The notes below the pieces were generated by a model. The model searched no databases. It saw only the letters and a program-made list of their open reading frames with translations, and had not been told where the DNA came from. Shown piece by piece: positions 21,822 to 30,945 of a stretch of DNA of 64,000 bases (position 1 is the first letter of the stretch; each line of letters opens with the position of its first letter). The stretch is from positions 48,100-112,099 of the forward strand of contig CAWHPI010000002.1 of assembly GCA_963831255.1 (NCBI GenBank), given 5' to 3'. This DNA is from an uncultured beta proteobacterium. GTDB lineage: Bacteria; Pseudomonadota; Gammaproteobacteria; Burkholderiales; Burkholderiaceae_C. The translations under genes and the position numbers were made by a program.

Positions 21822-22619
21822 TTAGTTGCCCCCGGGGGGCTGATTGGCCTTGGGGCGGGCCTGCGTGAAATCGCCCGGTGCCGCGCTGCCGCAGCGCAGC
21901 GGCATCGGCTTTTCGGACGGTGGCGCGGGGTGGGTGTTGGCGGGCAGAGGCTGCGCCGAGAGCCAGCTGGCCAGGGCGCCCACGTCTTCGGGCGACAGCG
22001 CCTTCGCCACCTGGGCCATGCAGTCGGGCGCGAGCGCGTGTCGCAGGCCGGTCTGCCAGCCGCCGAGCTGGCCAATCAGATAGTCGCGCGGCAGGCCCAG
22101 CAGGCCGGGCACGGCGGGGTTCATGCCGGTGAGCCGCTCGCCATGGCAGGCCACGCAGGCGGGCAGCTGGCGCGCCGGGTCACCGCGCTGCACCAGCGCC
22201 TGGGCGCGCTCGCGCACGGCGGGCGTCAGGCGGGTGGTTTGCGGCGATGGGTACGGCAGGTCGATGGCGGCGAAATGCTCGGCGATGTCGCGCAGGTAGG
22301 CGTCGGACAGATGGTCGAGCAGATTGGCCATGCCGGGGTTCTGGCGCCGGCCGTCGCGGAAGTGGGTGAGCTGGTTGTAGAGGTAGCCGGCCGGCTTGCC
22401 GGCGATGCGTGGAAAGTAGCCGCTGGCGGTGGCCTGGCCCTCGGCGCCGTGGCACAGGGTGCAGGCCATCATGCGCTGGGCCATGGTGTTGGCCACGGTG
22501 TGCGGCGGCGCATCGGCAGCGCGCGCCATCAGCGGGCTGAGCCAAGCCACAGCGCACCAGACGGCAACCCAAAGAGGGCGAACAAAGACAGAGCGGGGAA
22601 ATCGGGCGCGCGACAACAT
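21822..22619 (-). CDS. Diheme cytochrome c4/c553
   Basis: Signal peptide, CTLCH and CVACH, FPRIAGKPAGYLYNQL. Confidence 0.88.
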   Translation of the reverse strand: MLSRARFPRSVFVRPLWVAVWCAVAWLSPLMARAADAPPHTVANTMAQRMMACTLCHGAEGQATASGYFPRIAGKPAGYLYNQLTHFRDGRRQNPGMANLLDHLSDAYLRDIAEHFAAIDLPYPSPQTTRLTPAVRERAQALVQRGDPARQLPACVACHGERLTGMNPAVPGLLGLPRDYLIGQLGGWQTGLRHALAPDCMAQVAKALSPEDVGALASWLSAQPLPANTHPAPPSEKPMPLRCGSAAPGDFTQARPKANQPPGGN

Positions 22620-22660
22620 GAGCCGTTGGAAATTACCACACCGCTACACTGCCAAGCGCC

Positions 22661-22909
22661 ATGCCCGACCCCCGCCAACCCCTGCCAGACACCAGCCGCT
22701 GCCCCCTGTGCGGTGGCGCCAACGGCTGCGCCATGGTTGCCGAGCAGGCCACCGGCGAAGCGCAGCCAGACTGCTGGTGCGTATCGGCCCGTTTTTCCGC
22801 CGACTTGCTGGCCCGCCTGCCCGCTGGCGCTGTAGACGCGGCCTGCATTTGCGCGCGCTGTGTGGCCGAAGACGCGGCGTCACACCGCCATGAATGGCCT
22901 GGCGCCTGA
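22661..22909 (+). CDS. Cysteine-rich CWC family protein
   Basis: CPLCG.ANGC...CWC...ACICARC. Confidence 0.85.
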   Translation: MPDPRQPLPDTSRCPLCGGANGCAMVAEQATGEAQPDCWCVSARFSADLLARLPAGAVDAACICARCVAEDAASHRHEWPGA

Positions 22910-23133
22910 TGCGCTGGCTCGATCGCATCCCGCTGCTCTGGCTGGCGCTGATCGCGGCCTGGCTCGCTGTGGCGCCGGTGGTCCCCGAACCACACCTGGT
23001 CGAGAAGCTGCGGATGTTGACGCAAGGCCAGCTGACCAAGCCCATCGACATCTTTGACTTGCTGCTGCACAGCGTGCCAGCGGTTTTGCTGGTGCTGCGG
23101 CTGTGGCGAGACCACAAGCGCCGCCAGCCATGA
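22909..23133 (+). CDS. Small membrane protein
   Basis: Start overlaps CWC stop; LAVAPVVPEPHLVEKLRML...PIDIFDLLLH; hydrophobic. Confidence 0.7.
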   Translation: MRWLDRIPLLWLALIAAWLAVAPVVPEPHLVEKLRMLTQGQLTKPIDIFDLLLHSVPAVLLVLRLWRDHKRRQP

Positions 23134-24629
23134 GCGCCCCAGCCGCGCGAGACGACTCCATCGCCGCGCTGCGCGAGCGCCACGGCGAGCGCTACCGATG
23201 GTTGTTGCTGCTCTCGGTGATGGTGGGCACGATGGCGTCCATCATGTCGGCGACCATCGTCAACGTGGCGATTCCCGACCTGAGCCAGCACTTTTCACTC
23301 GGCCAGGAGCGCGCGCAGTGGGTCAGCTCGGGCTTCATGGCCGCCATGACGGTGTCGATGTTGACCACGCCCTGGCTGCTCTCGCGCTACGGCTACCGGC
23401 GCACCTACGAAGGCTGCATGTGGCTGCTGCTGGCCGGCGGCGTGGCGGGCGGCCTCGCGCAACACTTCCCGCTGGTGCTGGCCGCGCGCGTGGCCGAGGG
23501 CCTGGCGGCCGGCGTGGTGCAGCCGATCCCGGCCATCATCATCCTGCGCGCCTTCCAGCCCAGCGAGCAAGGTCGCGCCAGCGGCATTTTCGGCATGGGC
23601 GTGGTGATGGCGCCAGCCATCGGGCCCAGCATCGGCGGCCTGCTGGTCGATGGCCTGGGCTGGCGCTCGATCTTCTACATGGTGGTGCCGTTCTGCCTGG
23701 TGTCGCTGTGGCTGGCGCGGCGCTACGTGCCGACCAACGCGCCGGGCGGTGCGGCGGCCGATCCGCGCGGCGCCACACTGGACTGGCCCGGTCTGTTGCT
23801 GGCCACGGTGGGCACGCTGTGTCTGCTCAATGGTCTGGTGGCGCTGCACGGCGGCACCGGCAGCGCGGCGGTGTTCCTGGGCAGCGCTGCGCTGGCCCTG
23901 GTGGGTTTTGTGAGCTTGCAGCGGCGCATGCTGCAGCGCCATGGCCGTCGGCCCGAGGGCGCGGTGGCGCCGCTCATGAACCTCTCGATGTTTGCCGACC
24001 GCCGCTTCGCCATGGGCAGCATCGTGGCCTTCATCTACGGCATTGCGCTGTTCGGCTCCACCTACCTGCTGCCGGTCTACATGCAGATGGGGCTGGGTCT
24101 GTCGGCGTCGTATGTGGGTGGCATTCTGTTGCCGGCCGGCCTGGTGCTGGCGGTCACCATCGCCATCGTCGGCCGCCTGGCCGACCGCCAGCCCACGCAC
24201 CGGCTGGTGAGCATCGGGCTGGCGCTGCTGGCGGCCTCGTTTGCGCTCATGGTCACGATCGACCTCAGCCGGCCTGGCGCCATCATTCCGCTGCTGGTGA
24301 GCTGGGCCATTCTTGGTCGCGTCGGGCTGGGCTTCATCCTGCCCTCGCTCAACATCGGCGCCATGCGCGGGCTGCCCCACACGCACATCCCGCAAGGCTC
24401 CAGCGCCATCAACTTCCTGCGCATGCTCGGCGGCGCCGCCGGCGTGAGCCTGTGCGGCATCGTGCTCGAATGGCGCATCAGCGCCCACGGCTTTCGCCTC
24501 GACACCACCAGCACCAACCCGGCCCGCCTGATCGCCTTCAACGAAACCTTCCTGATGCTCGCCGCGGTGTGCGCGCTGGCGCTGGTGGCGGCCTGGCGGT
24601 TGCGCGAACAGAAGCCAGTCGAAGACTGA
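23130..24629 (+). CDS. DHA2-family MFS efflux permease (EmrB/QacA-like)
   Basis: TIVNVAIPD, APAIGPSIGGLLVD..GWRSIF; many TM helices. Confidence 0.9.
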   Translation: MSAPAARDDSIAALRERHGERYRWLLLLSVMVGTMASIMSATIVNVAIPDLSQHFSLGQERAQWVSSGFMAAMTVSMLTTPWLLSRYGYRRTYEGCMWLLLAGGVAGGLAQHFPLVLAARVAEGLAAGVVQPIPAIIILRAFQPSEQGRASGIFGMGVVMAPAIGPSIGGLLVDGLGWRSIFYMVVPFCLVSLWLARRYVPTNAPGGAAADPRGATLDWPGLLLATVGTLCLLNGLVALHGGTGSAAVFLGSAALALVGFVSLQRRMLQRHGRRPEGAVAPLMNLSMFADRRFAMGSIVAFIYGIALFGSTYLLPVYMQMGLGLSASYVGGILLPAGLVLAVTIAIVGRLADRQPTHRLVSIGLALLAASFALMVTIDLSRPGAIIPLLVSWAILGRVGLGFILPSLNIGAMRGLPHTHIPQGSSAINFLRMLGGAAGVSLCGIVLEWRISAHGFRLDTTSTNPARLIAFNETFLMLAAVCALALVAAWRLREQKPVED

Positions 24630-24724
24630 CAGCAGACTTCTCCGCTCGCCTGCCACACAATAGCAACACGACAACAACCAACCCCTTCCGCCGAAACGCA
24701 CCATCGCTGGAACGAGATGCCTCC

Positions 24725-24812
24725 TCCAGCACACGCCGTGGAACCGGCTCAGCCGGGCCACAGGCGTGGTCCCCCCTTCCAAGGGGGGAAGCCGCAAAGC
24801 GGCGCAGGGGGG
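24725..24812 (+). repeat. REP-like repeat family A copy 3
   Basis: GCCGTGGAACCGGCTCAGCCGGGCCACAGGCG...CCCCCCTTCCAAGGGGGG...GCGGCGCAGGGGGG. Confidence 0.85.
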
Positions 24813-24819
24813 ATTTCGC

Positions 24820-25584
24820 ATGTGCCAACTGCTCGGCCTCAACTGCGCCACGCCCACCGACGCCTCGTTCAGCTTCACCGGCTTTTGCCAGCGCGGCGGC
24901 GGCACCGACCACCACGCCGATGGCTGGGGCATCGCCTTTTTTGAAGGCAAGGGCATGCGGCTGTTCGTGGACCACCAGAGCGCCGCGGCCTCGCCGATCG
25001 CGCAATTCCTGCAGCGGTACCCGCTCAAGAGCCGCAACATCATTGCCCATGTGCGCAAGGCAACGATCGGCGAAGTCACCCTGGAAAACGCGCACCCGTT
25101 CACCCGCTCGCTCTGGGGTCGGCACTGGGTGTTTGCCCACAACGGCGACCTCAAGGATTACGAACCTCAGCTGCACGGCCGCTTCCAGCCGGTGGGCACC
25201 ACCGACAGCGAGCGCGCCTTTTGCTGGCTGATGCAGGAGCTCACGCAGTCACACGCCAGCCTGCCCAGCATCGAAGAACTCACGCTCACCTTGCGCGAGC
25301 TGGTGCCCCAGGTGGCGGCGTTCGGCAGCTTCAACTTCCTGCTCTCCAACGGCGACGCCATGTGGGCCCACTGCAGCACCAAACTGCACTACCTGATCCG
25401 CCAGCACCCGTTCTCCCAGGCCACGCTGATGGACCACGACTGGACGGTGAACTTCGCCGAGCTCAACCAGCCGGGCGACCGCGCCGCGGTGATCGTCACC
25501 ACGCCCCTGACCTCCAACGAGGCATGGACGGCGTTTGCGCCGGGCGAATTGCGGGTCTTCGTCGACGGCTTGCCTCAGGTCTGA
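24820..25584 (+). CDS. Class II glutamine amidotransferase (YafJ-like)
   Basis: N-terminal MCQLLG (Cys nucleophile), HADGWGIAF, AHVRKAT, FAHNG, GTTDSE. Confidence 0.92.
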   Translation: MCQLLGLNCATPTDASFSFTGFCQRGGGTDHHADGWGIAFFEGKGMRLFVDHQSAAASPIAQFLQRYPLKSRNIIAHVRKATIGEVTLENAHPFTRSLWGRHWVFAHNGDLKDYEPQLHGRFQPVGTTDSERAFCWLMQELTQSHASLPSIEELTLTLRELVPQVAAFGSFNFLLSNGDAMWAHCSTKLHYLIRQHPFSQATLMDHDWTVNFAELNQPGDRAAVIVTTPLTSNEAWTAFAPGELRVFVDGLPQV

Positions 25585-25708
25585 ACAGCCACGTTGGCGA
25601 CCCGCTACTGGGGTTGTCCCAGGGACCGCGACACAGAGCTTGCGGGTTAGGATGCAACGCCCCGCGCGCGCAGGCGCGGCATCCCGCATCCACACAGAAG
25701 GAGACACC

Positions 25709-26728
25709 ATGCAAAGACGCCACCTGATTGCCGGCTCGATCGCCGCCGCCGCCCTGCCCCGTCTGGTGCTGGCGCAGGCCATCGAAAAACCCAAGGTCAC
25801 GATCGCCGTGGGTGGCAAGAACCTGTTTTATTACCTGCCGCTCACCATCGCCGAGCAGCTGGGCTACTTCAAGGATGAAGGCCTGGACCTCACCATCGTC
25901 GACTTCGCCGGTGGTTCGCGCGCCCTGGCCGCGGTGGTCGGCGGCAGCGCCGACGTGGTCTCGGGCGCCTTCGAGCACACGGTCAACATGCAGTTCAAGG
26001 GCCAGCCCATGCGCGCCTTCGTGCTGCAGGGCGCCGCACCGCAGATCGTGCTGGGCATCAACCCCAAGACCATGCCCAACTTCAAGTCGGTGGCCGATCT
26101 CAAGGGCAAGAAGATCGGCGTGACCGCGCCCGGCAGCTCGACCAACGTGATGGCCAACTTCGTGCTCGCCAAGGCGGGCCTCAAGCCCAGCGACGTGAGC
26201 TTCATCGGTGTGGGCGCCAGCAGCGGCGCGGTCGCCGCGATGCGCTCGGGCCAGATCGACGCCATGAGCAACCTCGACCCGGTGATCACCCTGCTGCAGC
26301 GCTCGGGCGACCTGAAGATCGTGGCCGACACCCGCATCGTGGCCGAGTCGGAACGTATCTTTGGCGGTCCCATGCCTGGCGGTTGCCTGTACGCGCCGCA
26401 GCCCTTCATCGACAAGAACCCGAACACGGTGCAGGCCATGGCCAACGCCATGGTGCGCGCCAACAAGTGGATCCAGCGCGCCGGCCCGGGCGACATCATC
26501 AAGGTGGTGCCCGAGAGCTACCTGCTGGGCGACCGCGCGATCTACATCGACGGCTTCCTCGCCGCCCAGAAGGCCTTGTCGCCCGACGGCATGTTCCCCG
26601 CCCGCGGCCCGGACACCGCGTTCCGCGCCCTGGGCAGCGTGGACGCCAAGCTGGCCGAGGCCAAGCTGGATCTGGCGGCGGTGTTCACCAACGATTTTGC
26701 GAAGAAGGCCAACGCAAAGTATCGCTAA
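25709..26728 (+). CDS. NitT/TauT family ABC substrate-binding protein
   Basis: AAGGAG SD; YYLPLTIAEQLGYFKDEGL, DLKGKKIGVTAPGSST. Confidence 0.92.
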   Translation: MQRRHLIAGSIAAAALPRLVLAQAIEKPKVTIAVGGKNLFYYLPLTIAEQLGYFKDEGLDLTIVDFAGGSRALAAVVGGSADVVSGAFEHTVNMQFKGQPMRAFVLQGAAPQIVLGINPKTMPNFKSVADLKGKKIGVTAPGSSTNVMANFVLAKAGLKPSDVSFIGVGASSGAVAAMRSGQIDAMSNLDPVITLLQRSGDLKIVADTRIVAESERIFGGPMPGGCLYAPQPFIDKNPNTVQAMANAMVRANKWIQRAGPGDIIKVVPESYLLGDRAIYIDGFLAAQKALSPDGMFPARGPDTAFRALGSVDAKLAEAKLDLAAVFTNDFAKKANAKYR

Positions 26729-26751
26729 CCCCCCCGCGCCGCGAGGGATCA

Positions 26752-26830
26752 CACCCACCCCCGTCGCTGCGCTCCGCCCCTCAAGGGGCAACACCTGCGG
26801 CCCGGCGGAGCCGGTTCCGCGGCGTTCTGG
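26752..26830 (-). repeat. REP-like repeat family A copy 4 (with a short partial copy at 26729-26743)
   Basis: Reverse complement GCCGCGGAACCGGCTCCGCCGGGCCGCAGG...CCCCTTGAGGGG...GGGGGTGGG. Confidence 0.8.
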
Positions 26831-26904
26831 GTTTCGGGCACGTTCGCCGGAGAAGTCCTCTCTGAGCCGCGTTGACAAATTCACTTTTGCATTCCTCTGT
26901 GGTC

Positions 26905-27729
26905 ATGACACCCGCCATCGAACTCAAAGACGTTGCCTGCACCTTCATCAGCAAGGACGCACCCGGTCAGCGCTACACCGCGGTCGAACATGTGGACCTG
27001 ACGGTCGGTGCGGGTGAGTTCGTGAGCGTGGTGGGGCCAACCGGTTGCGGCAAGAGCACCTTGCTCAACGTGGCAGCCGGGCTGCTGGCGCCCAGCCAGG
27101 GCACGGCCCACATCTTTGGTGAGCCGCTGCGCGACGTGAACACCCGCGCGGGCTACATGTTCCAGACCGAAAGCCTGATGCCCTGGCGCACGGCGCTGGA
27201 AAACGTGATGGCGGGGCTGGAGTTCCGCGGCGTGGCCGATGCCGAGGCGCGCAAGCAGGCCGACGACTGGCTGCGCCGCGTCGGCCTGGGGGGCTTTGGC
27301 GACCGCTACCCGCACCAGCTCAGCGGCGGCATGCGCAAGCGCACCAGCCTGGCGCAGACGCTGGTGCTGGACCCGGACATCATCCTCATGGACGAGCCGT
27401 TCTCCGCGCTCGACATCCAGACCCGCCAGCTGATGGAGAACGAGGTGCTGGCGCTGTGGGCCGGTGCCGGGGGAGACACGCGAAAAGCGGTGCTGTTCAT
27501 CACCCACGATCTGGATGAGGCCATCGCCATGAGCGACCGCGTGGTGATCCTGAGCGCCGGCCCGGCAGCGCGCCCCATTGGCGAGTTCACCATCGACATC
27601 CCGCGGCCGCGCGACGTGGCCGAGGTCAAGACGACGCCACGCTTCCTGGAGCTGCACGCGGCGATCTGGGCGGTGCTGCGCGACGAGGTGCTCAAGGGCT
27701 ACCAGCAGCAACTTCAGAAGGCGGCCTGA
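26905..27729 (+). CDS. NitT/TauT family ABC ATPase
   Basis: GPTGCGKST, LSGGMRKR, LMDEPFSALD, ITHDLDEA. Confidence 0.93.
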   Translation: MTPAIELKDVACTFISKDAPGQRYTAVEHVDLTVGAGEFVSVVGPTGCGKSTLLNVAAGLLAPSQGTAHIFGEPLRDVNTRAGYMFQTESLMPWRTALENVMAGLEFRGVADAEARKQADDWLRRVGLGGFGDRYPHQLSGGMRKRTSLAQTLVLDPDIILMDEPFSALDIQTRQLMENEVLALWAGAGGDTRKAVLFITHDLDEAIAMSDRVVILSAGPAARPIGEFTIDIPRPRDVAEVKTTPRFLELHAAIWAVLRDEVLKGYQQQLQKAA

Positions 27730-27731
27730 TC

Positions 27732-28559
27732 ATGTGGGACCTCATCAAACCCCGTCCGGCCACCTTGCGCCTGTGGCAGGTCGGCATCCTGGTGCTGCTG
27801 TTCGTGTTCTGGCACGTGATGACCACGCCCGGTCTGGTGCCGACCTTCATGTTCGACAACGACCGCCAGGCGGCGTTTTTCTTCGGTGAACCGCTGAAGA
27901 TCTTCGAGCGCATCTGGGTCTGGTTTGTCACCGATGCCGACATCTACATCCACCTCTACGTGACACTGGCCGAAACCGTGATGGCCTTTGGCATCGGCGC
28001 CGGCAGCGGCCTGGCGGCGGGCCTCTGGCTGGCGCTCAGTCCCATGGCCTCGGCCATCCTGGAGCCTTACATCAAGGCGCTGAACTCCATGCCGCGCATC
28101 ATCCTGGCGCCGATCTTCGCGGTCTGGTTCGGCCTGGGCATGGCGTCCAAAGTGGCGCTCGGTGTCACGCTGGTGTTTTTCATCGTGTTCTTCAACGTCT
28201 ACCAGGGCGTGAAGGAGGTGAGCCCGGTGGTGCTGGCCAACGCGCGCATGCTGGGCGCCAACAAGAAACAGCTGCTGCGCCATGTCTACCTGCCGAGCGC
28301 CACCAGCTGGGTGTTCAGCTCGCTGCACACCTCGGTCGGCCTGGCGTTCGTGGGCGCGGTGGTGGGCGAATACCTGGGTTCCAGCCGCGGCGTGGGCTAC
28401 CTGATCTTGCAGGCCGAAGGCCAGTTCGACATCAACACCGTGATGGCCGGCATCCTGGTGCTGACCTGCTTCGCGCTGGTGCTGGACGCGGCGGTGGGGC
28501 GCATCGAAAAGCGGCTGATGAAGTGGCAGCCCAAAGCGGGCGAGACCGAAAAGCTCTGA
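27732..28559 (+). CDS. NitT/TauT family ABC permease
   Basis: [25 protein letters not shown]. Confidence 0.92.
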   Translation: MWDLIKPRPATLRLWQVGILVLLFVFWHVMTTPGLVPTFMFDNDRQAAFFFGEPLKIFERIWVWFVTDADIYIHLYVTLAETVMAFGIGAGSGLAAGLWLALSPMASAILEPYIKALNSMPRIILAPIFAVWFGLGMASKVALGVTLVFFIVFFNVYQGVKEVSPVVLANARMLGANKKQLLRHVYLPSATSWVFSSLHTSVGLAFVGAVVGEYLGSSRGVGYLILQAEGQFDINTVMAGILVLTCFALVLDAAVGRIEKRLMKWQPKAGETEKL

Positions 28560-28560
28560 T

Positions 28561-28893
28561 GTGAATGCCTGGCTGCTGCTCGCCATTGCCATCCTGGCCG
28601 AGGTGGTGGGCACCAGCGCGCTCAAGGCCAGCGAGGGCTTCAGCCGACTCTGGCCCTCGCTGGTGGTGGTGCTGGGCTATGCGGTGGCGTTTTACTGCCT
28701 GTCGCTGGTGCTCAGGTCGATTCCGGTTGGGGTGGCCTATGCCATCTGGTCGGGCCTGGGCATTGTGCTCATCACCCTGGTGGCCTGGGTGGTCTACGGG
28801 CAGACCATCGATCTGCCCGCGATGCTGGGCATGGGCCTGATCATTGCCGGGGTGCTGGTGCTCAACCTGTTCTCGAAGTCCGCCACCCACTGA
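28561..28893 (+). CDS. SMR family multidrug efflux protein (EmrE/QacE-like)
   Basis: 110 aa, 4 TM helices, [32 protein letters not shown]. Confidence 0.92.
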   Translation: MNAWLLLAIAILAEVVGTSALKASEGFSRLWPSLVVVLGYAVAFYCLSLVLRSIPVGVAYAIWSGLGIVLITLVAWVVYGQTIDLPAMLGMGLIIAGVLVLNLFSKSATH

Positions 28894-28921
28894 TCGGCCG
28901 CGGCGCCTGGGCGCGTTGCGC

Positions 28922-29473
28922 TCAAAGCACCTTGAACAGCTTTTCCTTGAGCTCTGGCAGGCGCTTCTTGCCCATGTTGTGGTCGGCCATGCTGGCCTCC
29001 CAGTCAAAGTAGACCGTGCGCAGCGCCTCGGTGGTCTTGGCGTCGAAGATGTTCTGAATCAGCGTGATGCGCATCTGCTGGCCGATGATGCTGTTGATCG
29101 AATTGATCATGAAGTTGCGCGCCATTTCGTTGTCTTTCACTCCACGGCTCTCCACCGGCGGCAGGCCTGGGATGCTGCCAGGCGAGCCCTGGCTGGGCGC
29201 ATCGGTTTGCGCTGCAGCGGCTGGCCGGCTGGGCGCTTTGCTGCCAGCCTCTGCACTCAGACAACCCAGGCTGAGGAGCTGCTCCAGCACGCTGTGAATG
29301 TCGTCTGCGCTGGGCAGAAAAGCCGCGAGCTCGCCACCGCTTTTCTTGCCATCGGCGAGCACCAGGATGCGGCGCACCAACGGCGGCAGACCCAGCGAGC
29401 GGGTCTGAATTTCCTGCTGACCCGTTTCGGTCTTGGCAAAAACGGCAGAAGACAGGTCAAGCGTGTCGGACAT
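28922..29473 (-). CDS. Hypothetical protein
   Basis: 183-aa ORF; N-terminal FAKTETGQQEIQTRSLGLPPLVRRILVLADG, low-complexity linker, helical C-terminal domain. Confidence 0.75.
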   Translation of the reverse strand: MSDTLDLSSAVFAKTETGQQEIQTRSLGLPPLVRRILVLADGKKSGGELAAFLPSADDIHSVLEQLLSLGCLSAEAGSKAPSRPAAAAQTDAPSQGSPGSIPGLPPVESRGVKDNEMARNFMINSINSIIGQQMRITLIQNIFDAKTTEALRTVYFDWEASMADHNMGKKRLPELKEKLFKVL

Positions 29474-29671
29474 GAAACAAGGGCATGAAAAATATCACTG
29501 AGATGGGTCGCCGTTTGTAACCCAGCCCACGCACATCGACAAGCCGGATTGACCACCACAAGGGACAGGCGCGCTCGATTGGTAGGACAAACGGCCACCA
29601 ACGCGACATTGCGCACGCCAGAGCCGCCGCCCGCAGACCTTGACCCCAAAACCCCTGGGGGTTCTTTCGAG

Positions 29672-29997
29672 CTACTTGCGAGCGGTCGCGCGTCGCTGCG
29701 CGCGCAACGTTGCCAGGTAGAGCCCCTCGACCTTTTCGCGGGCCCAGGGCGTTTTGCGCAGAAAGCGCAAGCTTGAAGACACGCTTGGATCCAGATTGAA
29801 ACAGCGCACCGGAATGCGTTCACCCAATCCGTTCCAGCCGTATTGCGCCACCAGCGCGTTCAGCATCGCCTCCAGCGTCACCCCGTGCAGGGGGTTGCGG
29901 GTCTGGGCCTGCCTTGGGAGCGGCCCGGCGTCTGGCCCGCCACGCCTTCTTTTCCGCTTTCCTCAAGCGCCATCGGGTCCGGTGTGTCAGCGCTCAT
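29672..29997 (-). CDS. VF530/DUF2132 family DNA-binding protein (indel near 29920)
   Basis: NPLHGVTLE...[24 protein letters not shown]; ATG overlaps gshB stop. Confidence 0.85.
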
Positions 29998-30938
29998 GCG
30001 AGCGCCGCCTCGAGGGCGTCCACAAACATCGCGGGCACATCGAAGCCGGTCTGGTCGTGGATCTCCTGGAAGCAGGTCGGGCTGGTGACGTTGATCTCGG
30101 TCACGCGGTTGCCGATCATGTCCAGCCCCACCAGCAAGAGGCCGCGCGCTGCCAGCGTGGGCGCCAGCGCTTCGGCCACCGCGCGATCGGCGTCATTCAG
30201 CGGCTGGGCCACACCCTTGCCGCCGGCGGCCAGGTTGCCGCGCACCTCGTTGCCCTGCGGAATGCGGGCCAGCACAAACGGTGCGACCTTGCCACCAATC
30301 AGCAGCAGGCGCTTGTCCCCGGCTGCGATCTCGGGCAGGTAGCGCTGCACCATCACGCTGGTGGCGCCACCCTGGTTCAGGGTCTCGGTGATGGCGCCCA
30401 GGTTCATGCCGTCGGGCCCCACGCGGAAGATGCCGGTGCCGCCCATGCCGTCCAGCGGCTTCAGGATGATGTCGTGGTGCTCGGCGTGAAAGTGACGAAT
30501 CGCTTCTGCAGAGCGGGTCACCAGCGTGGGCGGCGCGTATTGCGCGAACTCCATCAACGCCAGTTTCTCCGGGTGATCGCGCAACGCGCGTGGGCTGTTG
30601 AAAACCTTTGCCCCTTCGCGCTCGGCCTGCTCCAGCAGGTGCGTGGCGTAAAAGAACTCGCTGTCGAAAGGCGGGTCTTTGCGCATCAGCACCGCGTCGA
30701 AGTCGCACAACGCCTCGCGCCCCTGGTGGTCCACGCGGTACCAGTCGTCCAGCGCGCCAGTCAGCGTGATGCGGCGCACCAGCGCGCTCACCTGGCCGCC
30801 GGCCTGCCACTGCAGTTGCTGCGGTTCGCAGGCCGCCAGTGTGTGACCACGGCGCTGCAGCTCGCGCATCATGGCAAACGTGGTGTCCTTGTAGGTCTTG
30901 AAGGAAGACAGGGGATCGGCAACAAAAAGAAGGTTCAT
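29994..30938 (-). CDS. gshB: Glutathione synthetase
   Basis: KDTTFAMM, MRKDPPFD, KPLDGMGG, RGNLAAGG, EINVTSPTC. Confidence 0.97.
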   Translation of the reverse strand: MNLLFVADPLSSFKTYKDTTFAMMRELQRRGHTLAACEPQQLQWQAGGQVSALVRRITLTGALDDWYRVDHQGREALCDFDAVLMRKDPPFDSEFFYATHLLEQAEREGAKVFNSPRALRDHPEKLALMEFAQYAPPTLVTRSAEAIRHFHAEHHDIILKPLDGMGGTGIFRVGPDGMNLGAITETLNQGGATSVMVQRYLPEIAAGDKRLLLIGGKVAPFVLARIPQGNEVRGNLAAGGKGVAQPLNDADRAVAEALAPTLAARGLLLVGLDMIGNRVTEINVTSPTCFQEIHDQTGFDVPAMFVDALEAALA

Positions 30939-30945
30939 GGCAGGT

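Noticed and set aside
26872-26904. Internal sigma-70 promoter (TTGACA) before the ABC ATPase
   Set aside because: No -10 hexamer at 16-18 nt spacing
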